NCBI GenBank assembly: GCA_964354805.1
Contig: CAYHBD010000029.1
Coordinates: 1 to 53,349, forward strand
Source: an uncultured archaeon
GTDB lineage: Archaea > Iainarchaeota > Iainarchaeia > Iainarchaeales > GCA-2688035
DNA length: 53,349 nucleotides
Direction: 5' to 3'
Shown here: piece after piece, positions 46,598-53,349 of the stretch
Layout: each line of letters opens with the position of its first letter
Position numbering within the stretch: position 1 is the stretch's first letter
The notes under the pieces: model-generated
Seen by the model: only the letters and a program-made list of their open reading frames with translations
Database searches by the model: none
What the model was told of the DNA's origin: nothing
Made by a program: the position numbers and the translations under genes

Positions 46598-46870
46598 ATG
46601 GTCAAGCAGAAGCTGCCAAAAGTTTTGGATGAATTGAACAAGGCAAAGCCAGAGATGGTCAGGCGGAAGCTATCGAAAGTGCTGGATGAATTGAACAAGG
46701 GAAAGCCAGAGAACTACTGGTACGCGAGGCTGCTTGAAATGCAGCTGCTGCTTAAGGAAAGGAAGTACAGCGCCCTGGAGCGGAGGATTCAGGATCTGCT
46801 TGAAAGCGACAGGGCAACAGGCAGGGTAAAGCCGCCGAAATCAGAGGCTTACAAAAACAGGAACGAGTGA
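46598..46870 (+). CDS. Small hypothetical protein with an in-frame 19-aa N-terminal duplication
   Basis: MVKQKLPKVLDELNKAKPE / MVRRKLSKVLDELNKGKPE; GGAGG RBS. Confidence 0.7.
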   Translation: MVKQKLPKVLDELNKAKPEMVRRKLSKVLDELNKGKPENYWYARLLEMQLLLKERKYSALERRIQDLLESDRATGRVKPPKSEAYKNRNE

Positions 46871-47010
46871 AAGCCACTGCACGCGTTGGGCAGGCAGCAA
46901 CCTGCTCTGTGGAACTCCTGCTGAAAAAACAGGTAATGCAGAATTTGATTCGATTTTTATCCAAAAAAATCAAACATCTGTATATAACCTGTTCCAAGCA
47001 TTAATATCCT

Positions 47011-47193
47011 ATGAAAAGCGACAAAAATGAAAGCAATTCAAAGACCACCCCTACCAAAGCCATGTGCAATCTGACTGAATTGTTCGAGCTGCAGAGCAAG
47101 CGCATTAGCATAATAGAGCAGCAGTTCCTTACCCTGTCCGCGCGAGTGAGCGGCATTGAGGGACCAAATGGCCAGGTCAGACATTCCAGATAA
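47011..47193 (+). CDS. Small hypothetical protein (coiled-coil-like)
   Basis: 60-aa ORF with TATA-like TATATAA about 25 nt upstream. Confidence 0.45.
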   Translation: MKSDKNESNSKTTPTKAMCNLTELFELQSKRISIIEQQFLTLSARVSGIEGPNGQVRHSR

Positions 47194-47371
47194 CAGGCTT
47201 TGCCAATCCTGTGGAAATAGCTTATAACAGGGGATTTTTGCCTTCAAAAAATTCTTCCCTTAGCCAAACGGCTGCAGAATGTGCGCCTGCAGTTCAAAGA
47301 AGAAAAAGAATTTAAGCATTTCGCATTTTTTTCAATTTAGATAAATCCAAATAACAAAGGAGGCTGTTACC

Positions 47372-47416
47372 ATGTGCGGATCCTGCGGTTGCGGAAGCAA
47401 AAAGAAAAAGAAATAG
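47372..47416 (+). CDS. 14-aa Cys-rich micropeptide MCGSCGCGSKKKKK
   Basis: Strong AAAGGAGG RBS 8 nt upstream; T-tract terminator downstream. Confidence 0.6.
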   Translation: MCGSCGCGSKKKKK

Positions 47417-47553
47417 GCCCTGGCTTAATTTGTTTTTTCTTTTTTTTGCCTGTTTTATTTTCAGGCGTTTTATTTAGCGCAATGGAAAAAAAATTTAGCG
47501 TTTGCTTTTTCAGGCTGGATTAGATTTAATGCTATCAGCTTATTTTTTGGCAT

Positions 47554-47931
47554 TCACGCCTGCTGAATTTGTTGTCTTGCCATTAAGCTGATTACGTCTC
47601 CTTTTTTCACGTCATCCAGCTGGATGCCGCTTACGCAAAGGCCGACGTTCATTCCCTGCTTTCCGGCGTTGCCTATTTTGCTTTCCACTTCGTCAATGCA
47701 GAATTGCTTGCCGTTGCAGCTGCCGACCATCTGTTCTTTTACAACGCCGCTGACTATCTGACCGACTATGTAAACAAAGCTGGCTTTGAAGAAAGTGCAG
47801 GCTTTCAGCACCTCAATCTTGTTTTCAGCGCTGTTGTCAATTTTTATTCTCCGCACTGGAGAATCGATTTCAATCTCACTGCAGCTTGGGGCTTCTTTTC
47901 CCCTGCCGAACGTAAGAGAAATAAGGCTCAT
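47554..47931 (-). CDS. Stand-alone translation-factor (EF-Tu domain II-like) beta-barrel protein
   Basis: IVGQIVSGVVK...AGKQGMNVGLCV....VKKGDVI; GGTGA RBS. Confidence 0.7.
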   Translation of the reverse strand: MSLISLTFGRGKEAPSCSEIEIDSPVRRIKIDNSAENKIEVLKACTFFKASFVYIVGQIVSGVVKEQMVGSCNGKQFCIDEVESKIGNAGKQGMNVGLCVSGIQLDDVKKGDVISLMARQQIQQA

Positions 47932-48120
47932 TGAATCACCACCCTCTGAAGGCAAAAAAAAATTTTTTAATTAAAAAATTAATTAAAAAAATTCTCAATT
48001 AATAGAAAGAGCAATGTTGAATAAAAAAATTCATTATTAACAAAGCAAACCATTGAGCGCGCAAAAATTCGGGTTTCAAACAAAAAAGGCTTTTTTTCGC
48101 TATTTTGGGCAGATTTGCCG

Positions 48121-50727
48121 TCAGAGTTCTTCTTTCCCACTGATTTTTCTCTGTACTTTCTCGTGCATTCTCCTGATGAACTGCAGCCTGCCCTCCATTT
48201 TCATAATATCACTATAGCCCTGGGCGTACAAATTGAAAGCAAAGGGGCTTGGAACAGAAACATTTTTTTCGGCAATCTTTATTTTTCCCAGCTGGATCCA
48301 CTGAATGACCTGCTCTGCTCCCTGAACATCCATCAGGTCCTCAAGAATCTCGCGCCTTGTTTCCTTAAGGATTGGGAAATCGTTGCCAATGCGCTTTACA
48401 GCGCTGAGCAGCAGCCTGCTGCTCATCTGCTGCCTTCCAACGCTCTTCTCCCTGCCCTTGTAATTGCGCAAAATCATCAAAGCGCGCGTTGCACAGTGCC
48501 TGAAGCGCCTGCTTAAAACCTCGCTTCTATCTAGGGAAAGCTCGGCAATATCCCTAACCTTATTTTTTTTGAATAAATTAAATGCCTGCTGCACAGGCAG
48601 CTTTTCCGAGCTGAGAATGAAGCCATTGTCGCTCAAAGTGATTTCAACATCCTTGTGCGTAAGTCTCCCCATAAGGTAGGCAAGCACCCTGCTCAAGGCG
48701 TCATTCGTTCTTCTCCCATAAAGAGAGTGAAAAATTGCAAAGCGCTTTCCTTCTTCATCTGCAAAGTATTCAATCAGCAAATTGCCTTCGTGTGGAATCC
48801 CAACAAACAAATGTTGCTCCCTGAAGAAATTATAGAGCGCGTTTGCGGCGTTCTTGTCCAGATACAGGTAAGAATTGATGAATTCAATTATTTCTTGTTT
48901 GGTTTTTTTTGCATTGAATTTTTCATCCATCAGGGAGCGGAATTTTTGAATTTCAAGCGCCAGATCAAAAGAAAGCGGCAACATCTCCGAGAACCAGCTT
49001 GGGACAGTGGGAGGCCGTTTCATTGCAGGGGCAACCTGCACAGTGTTTCCCCTGCTGTACTTGAAGACATAGCTCTGCCCAGCAAGGACAAAAACATCGC
49101 CTGGCCTCAATCTCTCCAAAAAGATTTCGTCAATTGTTCCAATATCATGCGTTCCGATTTTGACTTTAATGCGCGCCTCATCAGGAATTGTCCCGACATT
49201 TGTCATGTAAATAACACGCGCCATTTTTCCCCTTCTCCCAATCATCCCTGTTTGCTCATCAAACCAGATTTTTGCGTACACATGCCTGGTTTCAAGCGAG
49301 CTGTAGTAGCCAGCAAGGTATTTTATTACCTCATCAAAATCAGCCTTGCTCAGTTCGCTGAAGCAATAGCTGCCCCTCACCAAATTGAATAAATCTTTTT
49401 CATGAATCTTGTTTGCGATTGCGATTCCGTAAATCTGCTGCGCCAAAACATCAAGGCAGTTGCGCGGGATTCTCACCCTGTCAATGCGGTGTTCCAGCGC
49501 ATCTTTCAGCAAAACAGCGCATTCAACAAGGTCATCCCTGTCAAGGACAATTATTCTGCCCTTAATCGTGTCATGCAACTGATGGCCTGCCCTGCCCATT
49601 CTCTGCAAGGCTCTAGCAACGCTTTTGGGGCTGCCCAGCAATACAACAAGGTCAATGAAGCCAATGTCTATGCCTAATTCAAGCGAAGTGCTGCTTACAA
49701 CGCAGCGCAGCTTTCCCTCCTTCAGCCTCTGTTCCACGTTCAATCTTTTCTCCCTGCTAACGCTGCTGTGGTGGGCATCAAGGTTTCCCTGGTGGTAGAA
49801 TGCTGGGAATTTGTCCTTCAAATTGTGGACAACCCTTTCAGTTGCACTCCTCGTGTTGGTGAAAACAAGCGTTGTCTTATGCTGTTGAATCAGTTCATGC
49901 AATAAGGTGTAAAGCTTTTCCTGAATTTGGTCTGCGGTTACATTGATTAAATCAGGCAGCGGCGAAACGACATGCAAATCAAGCTTTTTTAGTTGCTGGA
50001 CATCAACAATTTTGCAATCACGCGGCTCTTTCTCGCTGCGCATTCCGACAAGGAATTTTGCTTCTTCCTCCAGGGGAGCAATGGTCGCGGATAAACCTAT
50101 TCTGCAAAAGTTTGGATTTAATGCACGTAGCCTTTCAAGGCTTAAGCTAAGGTGAACGCCCCTCTTGTTCTCAGCAAGGCTGTGGATTTCATCAATGATT
50201 ACCCATTTTATTTCTTTCATTCTCTCAATGAAGCGCGGGCTGTTCAAAAGGATTGCAAAGCTTTCGGGTGTTGTAATGAGAATGTGCGGAGGCTGCCTCA
50301 ATTGCCTGCTTCTCTCGCTTGTTGGCGTGTCACCTGTCCTTACAGCAATCCTGAAATCTATTTTCTTATTGATTTTCGCAGCCGCTTTTTTTATTTCCTG
50401 CAATGGCTGCTGCAGGTTGCGCTCTATGTCATTTGAGAGCGCCCTAAGCGGGGAAATGTAAAGGCAGTAAATCCTGTCCTCTAACTTTCCTGCTTCTGAA
50501 AGTGAAATCAGTTCATTCAGGACAGAGCTGAAGCCAGCCAATGTTTTTCCTGTTCCTGTAGGGGCAGTAATCAAGGTATTCTGCAAGCAGTGGATGTTCA
50601 GTATTGCATAGCGCTGCGGCTCGGTAAAACTACCGAAGCGCCATTTGAACCAAGCGCCGAGCAAGGGATGCAGCGCCCTGAATATCTCTGCATCGCTGTG
50701 CTTTTCAGTCTGCCATTCAACGCCCAA
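48121..50727 (-). CDS. lhr: Lhr-family ATP-dependent helicase
   Basis: APTGTGKT, SPLRALSND, TTPES, DEIH, GLSAT, SLELGID and QRMGRAGH motifs. TTG start inferred from the CAGGTGG RBS. Confidence 0.95.
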   Translation of the reverse strand: MGVEWQTEKHSDAEIFRALHPLLGAWFKWRFGSFTEPQRYAILNIHCLQNTLITAPTGTGKTLAGFSSVLNELISLSEAGKLEDRIYCLYISPLRALSNDIERNLQQPLQEIKKAAAKINKKIDFRIAVRTGDTPTSERSRQLRQPPHILITTPESFAILLNSPRFIERMKEIKWVIIDEIHSLAENKRGVHLSLSLERLRALNPNFCRIGLSATIAPLEEEAKFLVGMRSEKEPRDCKIVDVQQLKKLDLHVVSPLPDLINVTADQIQEKLYTLLHELIQQHKTTLVFTNTRSATERVVHNLKDKFPAFYHQGNLDAHHSSVSREKRLNVEQRLKEGKLRCVVSSTSLELGIDIGFIDLVVLLGSPKSVARALQRMGRAGHQLHDTIKGRIIVLDRDDLVECAVLLKDALEHRIDRVRIPRNCLDVLAQQIYGIAIANKIHEKDLFNLVRGSYCFSELSKADFDEVIKYLAGYYSSLETRHVYAKIWFDEQTGMIGRRGKMARVIYMTNVGTIPDEARIKVKIGTHDIGTIDEIFLERLRPGDVFVLAGQSYVFKYSRGNTVQVAPAMKRPPTVPSWFSEMLPLSFDLALEIQKFRSLMDEKFNAKKTKQEIIEFINSYLYLDKNAANALYNFFREQHLFVGIPHEGNLLIEYFADEEGKRFAIFHSLYGRRTNDALSRVLAYLMGRLTHKDVEITLSDNGFILSSEKLPVQQAFNLFKKNKVRDIAELSLDRSEVLSRRFRHCATRALMILRNYKGREKSVGRQQMSSRLLLSAVKRIGNDFPILKETRREILEDLMDVQGAEQVIQWIQLGKIKIAEKNVSVPSPFAFNLYAQGYSDIMKMEGRLQFIRRMHEKVQRKISGKEEL

Positions 50728-50917
50728 ACAAACCACCTGTCTTCTACATAACTGAGTGGGATTAATTAAGGAATACAATAAGTTAAGCAGGAAGAAATTA
50801 AAAAACGGTTTGGCAAAAGATGGTTTTGCTTTTTTAATTTAACCATCACTAGAGCAAAGCCTGCAAAGATTATTTGCTGCATTTTTCCGCACGGGTGATT
50901 AGAAGGAGTTCAAAAAT

Positions 50918-51030
50918 GGAGATGGTTCGTTTGCAGCTGAAAACAATTTATAACTCGTTAAGCCGAGTGAGCTTTTTCAGCTGACTTTTTTTTTAAATTG
51001 ATGCCTTTTTACAATTATTAAACCATCTCC
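50918..51030 (-). ncRNA. Candidate structured small RNA (about 113 nt)
   Basis: Terminal GGAGATGGTT/AACCATCTCC 10 bp; internal CAGCTGAAAA/TTTTCAGCTG 10 bp; apical ACTCG/CGAGT. Minus-strand TATA at 51051-51058 and U5 after the stem. Confidence 0.5.
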
Positions 51031-51102
51031 GTTGCATATAAGGAATCTGTTATTTAAAAACTTTTCGGGCACTGTTGCTAGTGAAAAAGTGAAGGAAAAA
51101 AA

Positions 51103-51267
51103 TCAGCGTTTGACGAACATCACTATGGCAATTAACAGAAAAACAAACCCCATGAAAGGCATGTAAGGATTTAATGCTGCAGCAGGCGCAGGCAGATCCC
51201 TTGGAATAAAGCTGCCAATAGCCATCCCAAGCAACAACATTGCAACCATCTGGTTTCCCTCAGGCAT
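51103..51267 (-). CDS. Small 2-TM membrane protein (54 aa), not in the ORF track
   Basis: MPEGNQMVAMLLLGMAIGSFIPRDLPAPAAALNPYMPFMGFVFLLIAIVMFVKR*. Confidence 0.6.
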   Translation of the reverse strand: MPEGNQMVAMLLLGMAIGSFIPRDLPAPAAALNPYMPFMGFVFLLIAIVMFVKR

Positions 51268-51305
51268 AAGCAAAAAACCGAATATTAGTAAGGACGAACC
51301 CCTTT

Positions 51306-51671
51306 TTATTGTTTTGGTAATGCCCTCTTTCTTATTTTCCCAAACAAGAATACTGCTAAACAGGGCAACAAGTAGAAATAGAAAAGGTTTATTACAAAAA
51401 AAACCATTCTTACCGTTGGGGCATACGCTGGATCAGATTCGCCAAGCACTGTAGGAGGTATTAATAGGTTTCCTAAAGCAAAAGGCCACATAAAAAATAT
51501 TACAATAATTTGCAGCAAATATAATAAAGGAGAGACGCCCCCCATAACTCCACAACATGAGAAAGCTATCGGGAAAATAAACAGAAAGACAAATAAAATA
51601 ATTATTATGGTTACTGCAATCTTTATCGCAGTTGGCCAAAAAAGTTCTTTCAATAATTGATTTTTGGCCAT
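51306..51671 (-). CDS. Hypothetical membrane protein (3 TM helices)
   Basis: LKELFWPTAIKI N-terminus and three hydrophobic helices. Confidence 0.7.
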   Translation of the reverse strand: MAKNQLLKELFWPTAIKIAVTIIIILFVFLFIFPIAFSCCGVMGGVSPLLYLLQIIVIFFMWPFALGNLLIPPTVLGESDPAYAPTVRMVFFVINLFYFYLLPCLAVFLFGKIRKRALPKQ

Positions 51672-51768
51672 ACAAACAAAACCAAGTACAATAACATCAA
51701 ACTTATATAAAAACCTGCAAGTTCAAGCTATTTCTTTTCAACCACAATTGCATGCTCTGTTTTCAAAA

Positions 51769-52179
51769 TTATTTTTTTTCAATTACCATAAAGCTTTCTG
51801 TTTCTGTTACACCGGCAATTTCCCTTATCTTGTCAATTTTTTTGTTCAGTTCTCTCGCTGTGGGAGCGCTGAGAATGCAGAAAACATCAAAGCGCCCTGT
51901 TACCTCAAAGAGCGGCGCAATTTTATCCAGCTCCTGCACTTTTCTTGAAACCATTTTCGTTGCCTTTGGCCTGCATTTTATTGCAACAATGCTTTCAAAG
52001 GCAAGCCTCCTGTCCAGATTGATTGTAAAGCCCTTAATTATGCCAGTTGCGTGCAGCTTTTTCACCCTTTTCCTGACCATGCTCTCGCTCACATGCAATC
52101 TCTTTGCAATTGCGAGAAAGGGCATTCTGCTGTTTTCCTTTAAAAATTCAAGTATGTGCAAATCAGCCTGGTCAAGCAT
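51769..52179 (-). CDS. Lrp/AsnC family regulator (LysM-like)
   Basis: LDQADLHIL..L.ENSR.PF..IAK.L.VSES.VRKRVKKL HTH and VTGRFD; next to argG. Confidence 0.93.
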   Translation of the reverse strand: MLDQADLHILEFLKENSRMPFLAIAKRLHVSESMVRKRVKKLHATGIIKGFTINLDRRLAFESIVAIKCRPKATKMVSRKVQELDKIAPLFEVTGRFDVFCILSAPTARELNKKIDKIREIAGVTETESFMVIEKK

Positions 52180-52204
52180 GAAAACAAGTAAAACGAAAAG
52201 CATT

Positions 52205-52269
52205 AAAAAAAGAATTGCAGGGAGCGAAATTCGTTACCGGCTGCCAAGGGCAGCAACAATCGCCCCTGC
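52205..52269 (-). terminator. Long hairpin plus U7 tract between argG and lrp
   Basis: GCAGGGGCGA/UCGCUCCCUGC outer stem, GCUGCC-CUU-GGCAGC inner stem, then AAUUCUUUUUUU. Confidence 0.5.
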
Positions 52270-52335
52270 CGAAAGTTTTGTCCAACAATTTGTGTGTTTT
52301 TGTGTGTTGTTTTCTGCACCTGTTTTTTAGTAAAA

Positions 52336-53349
52336 TTATTTCTTTTCACCCTTGGCTTTTCTTTGGGCCTCTTCGCTGGCTACAATTGTGGCAATCCTTT
52401 GTTGTAAGCTGAAGATTTTGATGAACGCTTCTGCTTCCTCGCCTTTCCAGCTTGCTCTCTGGGCGTACTCTGCAATATCCTTTCGAACAAGAACAAAAGG
52501 CGAGTAAACACCAACTGGAAACGCGTTTTTGTTGTGCAATTTCATCCTTACTGTTCCGCTGACAAACTGTTGGCTTGAATCAACAAATGCCTTAATGTCA
52601 CGCATTACAGGCTCATACAACATGCCCCTGTAAACCAGATCAGCCTCCAAGATTTCAAGCGGCGCTTTTGTGATTTGCTGCCTGCGTGTCATTACTGCCC
52701 GCTCCAATGCCCTGTGCGCCTCAATTAACAATAAAAGGCCTGGGGCTTCAAACGCTTGGATGCCCTTAATTCCAATGGTTTCGTCTTCAAAGTAAAGCCC
52801 TCTGCCATAGCCATGGGCTCCGGCTTCTTTGTTCAATTTTTTCAGTATGTCTGCGCCGTGCATTTTTTCTTTGTTTAATGCAACTGGTATGCCTTTGTTG
52901 AATTCGATTTCAAAGTATTCTGGTTGTTGTTTTGTTATTTTTGTCAATTCCCACGCTTCCTCGCTTGGCTCTTTATTTTCATCTATTTCGCTGCCTGAAA
53001 CTGTTCTTCCAAAAACGTTTTCATTTATTGTATATCTCTTTGTTTTCTTCGGCACTTGAAAACCTTTTTCTTCCAGGTATTTTATTTCCTCTGGCCTTGT
53101 AATGCCCAATTCCCTGATTGGCGCAATCATTTTTAGTTTCGGGTTCAGGCAAGCGCAAGTGATGTCAAACCTTACCTGGTCGTTACCTGCTCCGGTTGAA
53201 CCGTGCGAAACAAGCAGTGTCTTCTCTTCTTCTGCAATTCTTACCAAGTGCTTTGCAATCGTGTACCTGTCAGCGCACATGTTTGGGTAAACGCCTTGGT
53301 ATAAGCCGTTTGCCTTTATTAGATTGGATATTATTTCATCAAAGATTTC
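52336..53349 (-). CDS. argG: Argininosuccinate synthase (5'-truncated by the window edge)
   Basis: IKANGLYQGVYP, HGSTGAGNDQVRF, APIRE, NENVFGR, IGIKG and FEAPG motifs; frame open to the edge. Confidence 0.95.
   Translation of the reverse strand, partial: EIFDEIISNLIKANGLYQGVYPNMCADRYTIAKHLVRIAEEEKTLLVSHGSTGAGNDQVRFDITCACLNPKLKMIAPIRELGITRPEEIKYLEEKGFQVPKKTKRYTINENVFGRTVSGSEIDENKEPSEEAWELTKITKQQPEYFEIEFNKGIPVALNKEKMHGADILKKLNKEAGAHGYGRGLYFEDETIGIKGIQAFEAPGLLLLIEAHRALERAVMTRRQQITKAPLEILEADLVYRGMLYEPVMRDIKAFVDSSQQFVSGTVRMKLHNKNAFPVGVYSPFVLVRKDIAEYAQRASWKGEEAEAFIKIFSLQQRIATIVASEEAQRKAKGEKK

Noticed and set aside
50918-50935. GGAGATGG resembling the start of a fluoride riboswitch
   Set aside because: The short pairing partner and downstream conserved elements are absent, and no crcB/eriC gene is adjacent.
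1-53349. tRNA, rRNA, transposase or integrase genes
   Set aside because: No cloverleaf/T-loop signature, rRNA-like stretch or recombinase motif was recognised by eye; tRNAscan-SE and Infernal would be needed to exclude them formally.

Overview
Archaeal chromosomal window (histone, TFB, S8e, Hef/XPF, RNase HII, Lhr). Its style suggests a DPANN lineage such as Diapherotrites/Iainarchaeota, which is inference only. The left half holds two large minus-strand amino-acid operons: aromatic (aroA'-aroB'-pheA-aroA-aroK-aroD-aroE-aroC) and branched-chain (leuA-ilvB-ilvH-ilvC-ilvD-leuC-leuD-leuB). The rest carries purM, pit/DUF47, ilvE, nadC/nadD, ogt, housekeeping genes, a partial argG and many orphan genes. 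Main hidden signal: each operon is preceded by an unannotated short leader ORF rich in its own end-product amino acids. These are MKLANAYCNFFSSDFLRASSGFFGYWFFYFK (11723-11818) and MSKASFLAKNSLILLALLVLVLLLLG (25480-25560). Each has a TATA box upstream and a hairpin starting at its stop codon, making a candidate ribosome-coupled attenuation system in an archaeon. Second signal: many gene ends or starts are echoed by diverged copies in the adjacent spacer, several still in frame with synonymous or conservative changes. Third signal: several accessory genes are bracketed by 13-24 bp direct repeats that coincide with BRE/TATA elements. Also seen: candidate ncRNAs, a 14-aa CxxCGC micropeptide and a propeller/TPR/J-domain protein. 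No rRNA, tRNA, CRISPR array or transposase was recognised.
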